Shown: positions 26,900 to 40,284 of the stretch, piece by piece | Numbering within the stretch: the first letter of the stretch is position 1 | Layout of the letters: every line of letters starts with the position of its first letter | Translations under genes and position numbers: made by a program | Notes under the pieces: generated by a model | What the model was told of the DNA's origin: nothing | The model's database searches: none | The model's input: the letters and a program-made list of their open reading frames with translations, nothing else | Source: Raja brachyura | Taxonomy: Eukaryota | Direction: 5' to 3' | DNA: 64,000 nucleotides | Assembly: GCA_963514005.1 (NCBI GenBank) | Contig: OY740811.1 | Span: 27,466,001 to 27,530,000, forward strand

Positions 26900-28190
26900 T
26901 AAATACAAGGGAAACCAAAGGGATTAATGGCTGACAGGAGGCTAGTATTCCAGAGTATTAAAACGAGTAGTGCGGAAAAAGTGGGTGCAGTGGTTGTGTT
27001 CTTCCAAAATATTCTCAATTTTGAACGGATTGGAAAACTGAAAATGTAATGTCTCCATTGAATAGGGTCGAGGAGCTGAAACCAGGAAACTCTAGCCAGT
27101 TAGGCTAACATCTATCACTGGGAAAATGCTGGAATCCATTATCAAGGAAATAGTAGAAGAATGTTTAGAAAAATGATAACACTATCAAGCAGAGTCAACA
27201 TGGTTTTATAAAAGGAAAGTCTATTACAAATCTTTGAGGATGTAATGAATAGGTGGATAAAAGGGAACAGTAGATGTAGTATATTTGAATTTCCAAAAGA
27301 TAATCAGCAATGTGGCATTTGAAAGATAAGAGCTTATTGCACTGGGGGGTAATGTATTATTGTGGAGAGAGATTGGCTAACCAAGAAAAACAGATAGATG
27401 GTTAAATGATTATTTTTATGTTGGAAGCTGCACCTTGTGGGGTGCTGCAGGGATTAGTGTTGGGCCACAGATATTTATTACAATCTGCATTTATGATAGA
27501 TGAAGGAACTGAGTTTATTATTGCTAAATTTACTAACAACACTGTGATAGATGGGAGAACAAAGTTGTTCGAAGGGTACAAAGAAACAGCAAAGGGTTTT
27601 TGCCTGGTTACATGAGTGGGCAAAACATTGGCTGATTAAATATAATGTGGGATATGAAATTATTCATTTTTGTAGGTGGATTGGGAAAGCAGAATGTTGT
27701 TTTAAGTGGAATGAGACCAAAGGAAGGAACTGAAGGAAAGGGATCTTGGTAAGACACAGGAAATTTGTTTGTCCATACAATAAGTTCTTTGGAAGTATTG
27801 GCCATTATTTCAAGGAGGTTGGATGATAAAAATAGGGATGTCTTTTTACACCTCTACAGAGCGAGTCCATACCTGAAGTACTGCATACAGTTCTAGTCTT
27901 ATTTAAAGAGGGATATGCTTTCAGTTCAGGGAAGATTCACAAGGTTGACTTCTGGGATGAAGGTACTTACATAAAAGGAAATGTTTGGGCAGGTTGTGCC
28001 AATAATAACTGAAGTTTAAGTGAATGAGAGCTGAACATATTCAAATGTATATGATTCTGTGGGATCTGACAGGGTGGGAGGACCCACCAAGGAATTTGGA
28101 ACTAGGAGGCAAAGTATAAGGACAAACATTTGCCTATTTAAGATGGAGATGAAGAAGAATTTCTTCTCGCAGTTTTTGGAACTTAGATAG
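26900..28190 (+). mobile_element. Old CR1 LINE ORF2/RT, heavily mutated
   Basis: Remnants of NYRPVSLTS..GKMLESII, VDVVYL.FQK, GV.QG.VLG, AKF..D and LYR...RP.LEYC.QF motifs. Confidence 0.75.
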
Positions 28191-28730
28191 ACAAACGTTT
28201 AGAAAAATAGAAAATAGGAGAAGGCTATTCAAGCTACTTCAATGATTTGACTCAATCATGACTGATCATCCATTTCACTCCTCCATTCTTGCCTTCCCCC
28301 CCCCCCATATGTTTGATCTCTTTGCATGAAGAATTATATCAACTTTCTTTCTGAATATGTTTAATACATTTTGGGCTGAAAAGTTGAGGTGATGCCAAGG
28401 TCTGATCAGCCATGATGATTTTGAATGGCAGGACAGGATCGATTGGCCAGTTCCTTCTTCAATTTTTCATGTTCCATCTTCACCATAGCACACACAGAAA
28501 CCTTGGAATTTATTCAGACTAAAAAAAAAGACACAAAGTGCAGATGTAACTTAGTGGGTCAGGCTGCATCTCTGGAGAACATGGATAGGCAACGTTTTGT
28601 GACCCTTCTTCAGAATGATTGTGTATTTGGAGATTTGGAAGGAGGAGGCGGGGCAAAGCCTGGCAAGTGATAGGTAGATACAGGTAAAGAGGGTTTGATT
28701 GGCAGATGGTTGGATAAAGAACAGAGATTA

Positions 28731-29790
28731 AAACATAGAAGAATAGGTGCAGGAGTAGGCCAGGACCGCCATTCAATATGATCAAGGCTGATCATCTAAA
28801 ATCAGTATCCCATTCCTGCTTTTTCCCCATATCCCTTGATTCCTTTAGGCTTAAAAGCTAAATCTAACTCCCTCTTGAAAACATCCAGTGACTTGGCCTC
28901 CACTGCCTTCTGTGGCAGAGAATTCCACAGATTCATAACTCTCTGGGTGAAAATGTTTTTCCTCATCTCAGTCCTAAATGGCCTACCCCTTATTCTTAAA
29001 CTGTGCACCCTGTCTCTGGACTCTCCCAACATCAGGAAAATTTTTCTGCATCTAGTCTGTCCAATCCTTTAAGAATTTTATGTTCTTAAAGCCCTCGGGA
29101 AAAAGATACCGCAGCATAAGGAGCAGAACATCAAGGTTCTGCAACAGCTTCTTCCCACGAGCCATCAGACTCCTGAATGCCATGTAATAGGCTGCCACTA
29201 GTGTCTATTTATCCTTTTCACCCATGCCTATCCTTCGGTTAATTTATTGTGTTGCACAGGGAGCCAAATGCAACGTAATTTCGTTTGGAACTGCATGTAT
29301 CAATGTATTTCTAAATGACAATAAAGTTTGTTTGACTTTGACTTTGACTTGTTTCTATAAGATGATCTCTCAACTTTCTAAATTCCAGTGAATCCAAGCC
29401 CAGTCGACCCATTCTTTCATAATATGTCAGTCCCGCCTTCCCGGGAATTAACCTGGTGAACCTACGCTGCACTCGCTCAATAGCAATAATGTCCTTCCTC
29501 AAATTAGGAGACTAAAATTGCACATAATACTCCAGGTGCGGTCTCACCAGGGCTCTGTTCAACTGCAGTAGGACCTCCTAGCTCCTAAGCTAAAAACCTC
29601 ACGCAATGAAGGTCAACATGCCATTAGCTTTCTTTACTTCCTGCTGTACCTGCATGTTTACCTTCAGTGACTGATAGACAAGCACACCCAGGTTTTGTTG
29701 CACCTCGTTTTTTCCTAATCTGACACCATTCAGATAATAATCTGTCTTCCTGCTCTTGCCACCAAAGTGGATAACTCACATTTATCCACA
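28731..29790 (-). mobile_element. CR1 LINE 3' 800 bp inserted in the PLE
   Basis: ORFs 29311-29502 (RKDIIAIERVQRRFTRLIPG) and 28802-29032 (HSLRIRGRPFRTEMRKNIFTQRVMNLWNSLP). Confidence 0.9.
29087..29350 (+). mobile_element. Rex1/Babar 3' end nested inside the CR1
   Basis: GKRYRSIRSRTSRFCNSFFPRAIRLLN, then AATAAA and a (GACTTT)n tail. Confidence 0.85.
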
Positions 29791-31259
29791 ATAACCACAA
29801 TAATGTGAAGCCAGAGGAAGGGATGCAGATGGGGAGGGGTTGGGGGGAGGGAGAGGGGAAAAGGCGGCTGGATAGTGGGAGAAATGGATGTGCTTCCAGG
29901 TGGGACATATGGAAGAGGAGGACTGGGGGTAGAAGGGAAAAGGGGAGGAATTCTTGGTTAGTAGTTACCTAAAATTGGAGATTCAGTGCACATACCGCTG
30001 GGTTGTAAACTATTCAAGGTGCTGTTCCTCCAGTCTCCGTGTGGCCTCACACCGGCAATGGAGGATGCCCAAGACAGAAAGGTCAGTATGGGAATGGGAA
30101 GGAGAGTTAAAATGGTTAGCAAGCATTCACGCTGATGTATTGGAATAGATAATGGTGAAGCCTGTCTATGGTACAGGGGCAGCCTGGAGTTGAGGAACAT
30201 AGGTAATTGCTTTGTATGGAGTTGATATCCCTTCAAACAGTGTGGTCCCAGATGTGTGAAGGATCCTGCAAGATATCAGTTAACCACCGAAGCAGACACC
30301 CATGCGATCTGATACACATTATAGGCTGGACCCAAACACACCGTGGATAAGGAAAAGAGAATGACTCCCTCATCAATCACAGGGATTTTGGGATTTCACA
30401 TTCAATAAGGAGAAATAAATCAAGTTCTCCATAAAACAACATCCTGACCAAAAACATTTATCGGTTGTGGGGGGTTAATGGATGGAATAATTCCAGGTAA
30501 TGTATCGCAAAAAGCCAGAAACTACGCATGGACCTGACTATTCACGACGCCACCGTTTACTGTAGATAGCTTTTCTTGTTCCTGTTTCTAATTTTTCACC
30601 CAAACTGCCAGGCTGTGGTCGCAGAGTACCAAAGGCTTGTGAGGGTGGTGAGGTGGGGGTGGGAGACATGTGCTCTCCCTCCCTTTCATTGCCTTGTTGC
30701 ACCATCTTCTCACCAATCATCCCCACTCTCAGCCCACGCCCCATCCTCCCACTCCACACAATCAGGTGTCAGGGCATCATAAACAAGGCTTTGAAGTGCT
30801 GCCTGTCTCCAGGCAACAGGAGGTGACACCCAAAGCACTGGCTCCTTGTCGGCAAACAGCAAGGCACAGACACTGCAAAGCCTTTCAAAGCATCTCACGT
30901 AAAATGGAAGCGTTTTGGAGCCTTATGATCCCTTGTAAAACCAGGGCAAGCCTGTTACCAACTCTCAGAATTAACAGGTTGCAAGAGACATTTCAAAAGT
31001 CACCTGAACTGCTTGTCAAGAGTTTAAAGAATTAAAGATAGATGCTCAGTGTCTCTGTCTGTGTGGCAGCATTTATACATCAGTTCTCTCTCTGTCCATC
31101 CCTGGGATTCTTGCTTTCTGCCTCCTCTCGCTACTCCCACAGACTTTCCTCTCTGTCTTGTCTTTTCCTTTGATCTTTTTCACTCTATTGCTCAACACAA
31201 GTCATTCTCGGACTTGTTGTATCCAAACTTGAGGAAAGAGAAAGGAAAATAAAATGATT

Positions 31260-31760
31260 GTGAATGAGCCCAAGACATGGCAGATGACTGATTAAAGCTG
31301 AGGCAGGGTTGGGGGTGGTTTGAACTGTGACACTGATCAATGCAGTAAACACTCTGTTTATTGCAGGGCTGGTCTCCTGGGGAAGTTAATGCCTAAATGC
31401 ATTGTCTTGCTAGTTAATTAATTGAGTTAATATGTACTTAACTATTGTGTGCTGTCCAAGTGACCCAGCTGGAGTCTGCGCTGTTGTTTAAAATATCTGC
31501 ACAGTGGTCGTCTCTCAAGGAGTGAGGGAGCAGAGAAGTCCAGAAAACACTGTAACAATCTCAGTGGAGGAGGGGGAGCCACCCATTTTACAATGAGAAA
31601 CACGAGGAGGGGGTCTGGGAATAGCAGGAGTAAATCAAAGGCATCCTTGCTGGCTGCTGGTTTACAATTATGGCTGAACAGCTTATGATGAAACCAGATG
31701 CTGCCTCTGATCACTTGGTCAGAGCCAAACTTTAAAGGGAAGCAACGAGGAACAAGATAT
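31260..31760. promoter_or_regulatory. Candidate conserved intronic enhancer
   Basis: Repeat-free; TGATTAA, TGATCAAT, inverted Fox pair GTAAACA-ctc-TGTTTAT (31345-31361), Sox CATTGT, TTAATTAATTG (31414) and TCF ATCAAAG (31634). Confidence 0.4.
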
Positions 31761-34700
31761 TGAAATGGAACATTTTACTGAAGCTCACTCAACTCCAGCT
31801 TTTCACTTACAATTCTTCCTGATATTTTATGGAAGTATCTGTCTTTCCCGCCCTGGGGTTCAGTCCCCTCCCCTGATGGAACTGACTCCCTTGGGTCTAG
31901 TCCCCATATTGAAGGTGATGACTTTTATCAAAGTTTAACATCCTCTTACCAGATGACAATTCTTAATGTAGAAATCTGAAAAAGTTAGCACATTAGCTAA
32001 CTATTGAACTGTAGAGATGACCAAAATACGACTTGTCACTATCTAATGCTGCATTTAAACTGGACAGTGCTCAGAAGCAGGAATTTCAACAGGTTCATCT
32101 CTGCCCTTCAGGGACTAAAATTGTTGCTGAGGCCAATTGGTGTGCCCTCACTGTTGCCCCATATGAAGTACAGCCTGGGCATGCCGCTTGATGCCAATTG
32201 GACTCCAGGCACTACATCTACAAATGGACGCTGCAGGAGACCACGGTTCAGTGACTATGGCTCTGCTTTGTCCTGAGAAAGGAGGTGAAGGGTTAATTCA
32301 GTCGTGGCCTCTGTCCTTTTGCCACTTGGCCCCGCGCTTGGCCTGAGAGGAGCGTTACGTCTGTGCCTCCCGCTGGCCCTGTGATCCCGTGCTACTCCAG
32401 GTCAAATCCCACTGGCACTTGTTCCCCTTTCAATGTGCTAAGTATAGGTTAGTGAGGTCATAAGTCAGGGGGCAGTCTGTGCTCAGTCAGCTATGAACAG
32501 GCGTCCAGTTCTTTGAGAGCAAGCAAGAGAGGCACACACACTCATAAACTGACAAAGGAACTCCCCTTTGCAAAGCTTTAATCTATCTTCTGATTCCGTG
32601 GCTAGGTTCAGGAGTGTCGCAAAATCTGTTCGATTTAGTTTTTATGAATGGTTTATCATTGTATTTCTCCGTTGTGATGCTTGTCCCAGAGAACAGCTGG
32701 CAAAGGGTATTAGAAATCATGAGTTCTCTACCCGGATCAGATGAAGTATTTAGTTTTGACACTGGTAGAGTCTGTTGCATAGGGATATGTGGTATGGGGA
32801 GCAAGACTGGACTAGGATTCGAGGGGGAGACTAACAATGGTGTCAAGGAATGGTGGATGGGGATGCAGTTCATTTTATTAATTTATGGGGCATGGATGTC
32901 ACTGGCAAGGCCCCAATGTTTATTGCCCATCATTAATAATAACTCTAATTGCTCTCATGAAATCATAAAATTACACAGCACAGGGGGAGTCCGTTTGGAT
33001 TGCTTTCTTTAACCGAACTATTAAAAGCATCCAACTACGTCCCTACATTTCAGGCTGTCTAGTTCAGGCTGGCTTTGTGCACAGCATGGACAAGTTGGGC
33101 TGAAGGGCCTGTTTCCATGCTGTGTAACTATGACCCCGCCAAACTCCACATGATTTTAAACTCTTCCATCAAATCCCTCCTTTGCTCAAAAGAAAACAAT
33201 TTGAGTCTCTCTAATCGGGGAAGATAAATGCCAATTTTTTTGCCTGGCATCACTGTCGTAAATTGGGTTTGTATTTTTGTCGGAAGCTTTCGTCAGTGTA
33301 GTATCAGAAATAGATAACAAATTCTCCAGCTCACAATGAACCAGTTTTTTTTAACAAAGTTTCCCTACTTTTGCAGCCTTTGTTCTGAGAGCAGGGATCT
33401 CAACATTGACCGTGTGGACACCACCGCAAAGGTTCCTACTGTCATAAACACGTCCCCTATTCTCCTCTGATTCCTGTCCTTTGGATCATTATATATCCAT
33501 GTATTCACCACCCTTCCCATCCCATGTGCTTCTGTCACATCAGTTGATGGCTGATGCCAACGCACTTGCCTCTAAGTCAATAGTTTTTAACTTTCCCACT
33601 GTAAGGATTTGAACACAAATGTTGAGCTCCTGGGACAGTGCTGAGGAGTGTCGCAACACTAGATGTCTGTATTTGGAATGGGACTTTAATCCTTACCTCT
33701 GCCTCCTCCATCAAATGGAGGTAATTGAACCCACAGAAGTTGTTCCTGGTGCATTGTTCAATATTTAGCCCAAAAATAATTTTGTGTAGCTATAATTTAT
33801 CAGTCTATGCCTCAATCCCCTGCCTGGAGCTTGTACAAAAACACTTGGCTGCTTCTCCTACTTTGCACCAGTTACCACACTTCCAAAGCACTTGGCTGTT
33901 TGGAAAGGGATATGGGATAGATATTGTAACAACAATATAATTGCTGATTATTTTTTTCAATTTTGTGCAAAATTCTCTACACGTAGTGCTTTGTCAAATT
34001 TCTGTTGAAGCTCCGTGTACTCAACAGCATGACTTTCCCTCGTCTACCTGCTCCTTACATCGTCAAAGTGAAGGGTACAAATCACCTGGTATTCTTACAT
34101 GAATGATTAGCAGCACCAATTGCAACGAGGAGAAAGTGACAGCGTTGATCTTATCACTACCTGCCAATTTTTGCTTTTATCCTCCCCACCTACCACCCTC
34201 ACCTCACTTCTCCTGTCCTTTGCTCCACAGCCTCTCATCACCCTCCCCATCCCACCTATACACCCTCCCCACCCCGTCCCCTGCATCCTTCCCACCCCCA
34301 CCTTGCACATGCTCCTTTCTGCATTACACACCATCTTCCCCCCCCCCCCCGCATCCTGCACACTCTCCCCATCCCTTCCTTCCACACCCTCCGTACCGCC
34401 ACCTTGCACATGCTCCCTACCCCTGCCCTACACAGCCTCCACAGTTCCACCCCTCACTCCGCATATGCCTCATTCCACAACACACAGCCAGATACAGCAC
34501 ACCCATCCCCCACTCTGCCTCACAAACCCTCCCCACGCCTGCATTGTATATGATCCCATTCCTCAGTGCACAAAAATTACTGGTGGAATTCCAGTAGTGT
34601 GGATCAGTGATTAAATTGGTTCAAATATTGCAGAAATGAGGAGTTTCAGGCTACAAAAGCACGGAAACAAAAACACAGTTCTTATCCAGTTGTTTTACAT

Positions 34701-35449
34701 GTGACTCCAGTCCTAACGCCAAAAATCTCCCCCGTTCTGACAGACTCTCTGAGGAAATATCAGTGTTCTCTCTCTTTTTCACTCTCTGTCATATGTAACG
34801 GTCTCATTCCTTCTATCTATTTCATTGTTTGTCCTTCCTATCTCTCTCTCTCTCCATTGTCTTTGAGTGCTCATCTCTCTATATCTCTGTCTACTCCCTT
34901 TGCTTCTTTTGACAAGTCTTTCTCTGTCTACTCTTTGCTTCCTATTTTTCATTAGACTGTACCCCCCCCCCCCCCGAGACTCTGTTAGTTCAGATTGTCA
35001 CAAATCTCACTAGTTTCATGCTCCAGATTGTCAGGATTCACAGATTTTTCACGTCATCTCTCAGGTACATCAGAATCACTTGTTGCTGAGGAGCTGTAAT
35101 CTCTTTCACACCACTCTGAACCTGCTTGCTTGCATTTAGTTCCCAGAATCTTTGTGGCTGATGATTATCACAGTAGCACAAAGAAACACATGGTTGCTGA
35201 TCAGTGAGCAGTTTACATTCCTGAGAGACATGGTTTTGCCAAAGGGAAACTCGTGGTCCAGAGTATTTGAAAATTTCCTCAATCAATTAATGAAGCAGCC
35301 ACTGGAACAATAACTTTCCCTGTAGTCAGGCTTGTCCCTCACCGCGTGTTCACTCTGACACAGTGCAATGCGAATATTCCTACTCTCCTGGCTGTCTCAT
35401 GAATTATCACTTTAAGAATCTGCTGCATTGGAAAGCTTTACTTGCCATC

Positions 35450-35910
35450 AGTACCTGGGATGTACCCCAGCTTCTGAAGCCAGGTATAACCAGGGTACGC
35501 CCAGGTTCATTGTACAGTGAATATCAGGTTCATTGTACAGGGTATACCCCAAGTTCAGGGTACAGGCTATACCAAGGGTACAGCGTATACCCAGCTTCAG
35601 GGTACAGGGTGTACTCATGGTACAGGGTATACGCAGGTTCAGGTCACAGGTTATAACCCATGTTCAGGGTACAGGATATACCCAGGTTCAGTGTACAGGG
35701 TATACCCAGGTTCAGTATACAGGGTATACCCAGATTCCGTGTACAGGGTATACCCAGGTTCAGTATACAGGGTACACCAGGTACCGTGTACAGGGTATAC
35801 CCACGTACAGGGTATGTCCCAGGTTCTGTGCAGGTATATCCAGGTACAGTGTACAGGCCATGTTCAGGGTACAGAGTATACCCAGACTCAGTGCCCGGAG
35901 TATATACTGG
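35450..35910. repeat. 24-bp minisatellite containing the palindrome GGGTATACCC
   Basis: Consensus gggtatacccaggttcagtgtaca; palindrome at 35698, 35722 and 35746 (period 24); about 18-19 degenerate units. Confidence 0.85.
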
Positions 35911-38439
35911 ATTCTTGCTCCTGATGACTCTTGCTGGACGAAGAACCCTTACTAAACTTGACTGGGACAGATCAGACTTCCCGCTGACCAGTTGACCAAT
36001 TGGTTCATACTCGTGCCATTGGGGACACAAGGCTTTCACCAGGGTGAGGTCCTCAGCTGAGCAATTGGTGGTGCTTTGGACACATATTTGATCTGCAAGT
36101 GTGGACAAAAGAGTGGAGGAAACTCATTCGAGAACAGTTACACCTCAACCTGTCCTCAGTAATTTCCCAGCACTGGTGCCCAGCCAGGATCAGTAATAGG
36201 AAAGATGCAAAATGCTGGTGGAATAGGATCATTCCCAGACAAACATGGTTCATTTCTTATCAATAATCTCTGGCTGCCTGGCCACAGTCAGAGGTTGTCC
36301 CATTGTCACTTCCAGTTGGTTGGGGGGGGGGAAAACAGTTGCATTTCACCGAAGCTATAAAAACCATTTACACGCGGACAACCCCAGTCCAGCTCTGGTT
36401 CGGAGTCGAGCTCTTTGAAAATGGATCACAAAAATATTGACGGGACCAAAGGACTGGGCCATTCCTTGCTCTCTCAACACCAGACATGGTACAAGATCTC
36501 CAGGCACCTGGTAAACAGCCATCAATTGGTAGTGAGTGCTGGCAGGGATTACAACCACATCAAGGTATAAAGAACTCCTTGAGTTCTTTATACCTTCACT
36601 GGTCAGGATTTTCTGATTGGCCATGGCGGAACCCTGGCAGTCGTCAATGTAACAGCCAGTGAAGCTATAACACATCTGGCTGGAACATTTTCAGAAGTAG
36701 AGTTTACAGACTGGACAAATAATCCCAAAATAGTTAGGTCAGGTCCTACCGCTTCAGGCTACAAAAGCACGGAAACAAAAACACAGTTCTTATCCAGTTG
36801 CTCTACATGTGACTCCAGTCCAACACCAACATGATGTGACTGGCCTCTGAAATTGTCAGGTAAATGCCTAAGGATCAGCTTCTGGGGCATTTCAGGACAG
36901 GCAGTAAATCTGGGCTCAGCAAAGGCAACATATCAAGAGTGAAATACATGAATAATTGAAACAAGAATCACATTCTGAAGAAGGGTTCCATCCCGAAATG
37001 CCATCTATACATGATTCCCAGAGAAGCTGCCTGATCCTGTTGAGTTACTCCAGCACTTTGTTTTTATTTTTTAAACCAGCATCTGTATTTTCCTGTCTCC
37101 ACATCGAATTTACGTCCTCATCAGGGAGCTGTCCCTGACGGACCCTCTCACTCTGCCTGAGATGTACACTGTTCCTTTCCTTCCTCTTGCAAAATGGCTC
37201 CCGGTACGCCCTCGGTATTAAAATCCTCCTCCTGATGTCCATGGCTCTCATCCCCTCCCAATCCTTAGAACTTCCTCCAGCCTCTCTTTCCCTGAGATCT
37301 CTGCATTCCTCCCTGTTGATCCCTTAAGCATTTATAATCTCCATCATTGGCAGCTGTGTCTTCCACTGCCTGGGCTCCACACGCAAATTCCCACCCCACT
37401 CTCTCTATTACGCCCTTAAAATCTAGTTCCTTGACCAAACGTTACCTGCCCGATGTGTATCATTTAGTTGAGGACCGGTAAATTACTTGTTAACATTGCT
37501 GTGATTGCTAATTTAAAGGTGTTATTTAATTACCAACCGTTAGGGTGTCAGTCAGGGCTGCAATGTGCAATGACCAGTGTATTGTGGGCTGACTTGTGTG
37601 TACAACCCTTGAGCAGACCCTAGCCTGGTGTGACTGACCTCCATGCACATGGTTGGATTAAGCCTCTGAACCTGAACTGTCCATGTACTGGAAGGGGGGT
37701 ATCCTTGGAGACCGAGATGGAATGAGGCGTCTGCAGACACAAAGTATAATTTCTCTTCACAGCAAGGCTCAAGCACAAGTAACTGGTCATCTCGCGGCAA
37801 GAGATCTCAGCCTCTGACTGTGTTGTGACAGAGTGAACACCATTAACAATTCTCACACAGACAACAGGGCAACACCTTGCAATTACTATCTTGCAGTTTT
37901 AGTGCAGGGGCTGAACATCATGTGGCAGGTTTGGTGCTTTGCCTAAAATCAGCAGTCACTGCTCCATGGCTGGATACTGTGTCCAGTATGCCATTCAGTT
38001 GCAGTCAGTCATGTTACTGTGATTGCAGTGAGAGGGGAAACCAGTGCTGGAGAATAAACAGGAACAAGCTAGCAAGTTTCCATTCAAAGAGAAAGCTGGG
38101 CTGATTGTAAACTGATTTGCATTATATGACCATGAGAACATCCCCACAGGGAAGAGGCCATCCAGTCTATACCTGTGCTTATACTTCTGCTCCAAGCCTT
38201 CCTTTCAATTCTCCGCTTCATGCCCTCCAGTGGGACTCTCAATCTCACCACATACCATGCTCTCAGATCCCTTGCATAGAACAGTACAGCGCACAACAGG
38301 CCCTTCAGCCCACAATATCCATGCCGAACATGATGCCAAGTTAAACTAATCTCCTCCATGTGTATGCTCTCCATTCTTTGCATATCCATGTGCCAATCTA
38401 AAAGCCTCTTAAACGCCACCCTTGCGCCTTATCACTATC

Positions 38440-38690
38440 CCAAACTGTGCAATCTCACTGTCCCATACTGTATATTCTAACTGTGTCATATTGTGCATTT
38501 TCACTGTTCCCTATTGCAAATTCTCACTGTCCCCTATCGTGCATTCTCACGCCCCCATACTGCTTGCTCTCACTGATTCACACTGTTCCCCACTAGGCAC
38601 TCTCACTGGATGCACACTGCATTCTCACTTCCCTACATTGTGCATTCTCACTGTCCCATACTGTGCATTCCCAATATCCTTTACTGTCTG
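38440..38690. repeat. Degenerate 23-24 bp minisatellite
   Basis: Recurrent gcattctcactgtcccatactgt. Confidence 0.7.
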
Positions 38691-40284
38691 AATCACATTG
38701 TGTTTCAACTACCTTTTACTACTTGTTCTGTATCCTGTGTGCTTACTGTCATTACCATCTACTCTGTAGAGTGTGATCTGAGTGCCCTCTGCACCTCTGC
38801 TACATCCTGTGTTCCCACCGTCCTTCACCACATGTGTCAGCAACTTGCTCTGTTCACCCTATATCTCTGGTCTATGTTTTTCTCTGCTTTTTAAACAAAT
38901 TCCTTCTCCTGTCAACCTAATCAAAACCACTCTGTTCCCACAAATGATATTGTTATAGATTGCATCTAGTCAGTTGTTAAATTACAATTTGTTAGCTCAT
39001 CCATTTAATGGTGGTAAATAAAACCAAAACTATATAAAGTAAACAAAAAAGCGGTAAGAAGTGAAACTTAAAATGGCTCTTGAATATGCAATTAAACATT
39101 TTAAGAAGTATAATATTTTCCTATCTGGGACGTAACGTGTAGTTATGACACCAGAAAGGGTAAGGTCGACCTGGCAGGCCAGGGTCAGACAGCTTGTGCA
39201 GAGAGAGGCAGGTAGGCTGAACCGTTCCGATCCAGCACCGTCCAGCAGAAGCCAAACGTTTTGTTCCCTCCTTTGTGGCTGTGATGGCAGACAATTGGCA
39301 GTGAAGTGGCCAGGCTGACACGGAGAGGGCTCAGAGGGAACCTTCGCACTCTGCCGAGTGCAGATGTACATTAATGCAGAAAGCAGCCCCGAACCATAGA
39401 TTTAAAAAAAAGGGAGACTGAAATAAGTCCCCTTCCCTTTTAACGTTCTGTTGTCTGGTTTGATGGTGTCACTTTTGTGAGAGGTCCTATTGGGAAGTAT
39501 TCAAGCAGCAGCTTTTGTGAGAGGGGCCTGATTGGGAGTTGATGAACTCGCTTGCCTACTTGCTTCTACCCTTTAGTCCCCATTGTTTTCTGGCCTCTTA
39601 ATAAACTTTTTGGAGGAGTTAATTAATCCGCTTGAATTGGTTGATGGAGTGATTCTCAGAAGTTGAAATAACAGACGGTTCCCTTTTTGAAGAGGGTGAG
39701 AAGGAGAGTGTGTGACAGACATCAGCTTGTCACATAATCAAAGCCAGGAAAGAAACAAAACAAAAACAGCCTCCAACTTGGAGAAAAGAGAGTTGGAGTT
39801 GGAAGCGAGTTCTCTTTTCACTGTCCAAGTGCCCTGTGTTAACAACCCATCAGTTCAATCTGCCAAAGCTGACGAATATATCAAGATCTGCCGCTTTATA
39901 GAATTTAAAATGTGATTTATTTTGAGAAGGTCATGTCAAGGAGAATTAATTTAAGCTCTTTATTTAGTCTATTCCTTTTTAAATTGTATGAATTATAACT
40001 TTTTTACTTCTTGCAATAATTCAATTAAATTGTGTTTCGTTCACTAAAGTCCTATGATGGAGGCATCCACCCACCCTGTGGATTATTAGGATGAAAAGCA
40101 GTTTAGAATGTGTGTGTGGATGAAGGAGCTGGTTAAGTGTGGCTGTGCAGCCTGTTATGAGACAGATCCGTTACTTGTACTCTGACCATTGGGTTTCTGC
40201 AGTGTTTGGAGGGAATCTGTTAGGACCGCAGGCCGGACAGCTGGGAGATGGGAGCAGGCTCTAGGGATCATGGACCCTGGGAAT

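Larger units (their letters stand above)
28516..30125 (-). mobile_element. Penelope-like element 3' part (GIY-YIG C-terminal half plus terminal repeat), split by nested LINEs
   Basis: Minus strand 30122-30015 reads ANHFNSPSHSHTDLSVLGILHCRCEATRRLEEQHL. Segments 29800-29950 and 28516-28730 match consecutive parts of the terminal repeat at 52140-52600. Confidence 0.8.

Noticed and set aside
34103-34614. Pro/His-rich ORFs (also 1679-1969, 17208-17845 and 47949-48307)
   Set aside because: Low-complexity C-rich or GA-rich tracts that lack stop codons by composition.
35517-36108. Repetitive ORFs of 111-154 aa (also 45609-46147)
   Set aside because: Open frames arise from minisatellite units of 24 or 30 bp; no splice or homology support.
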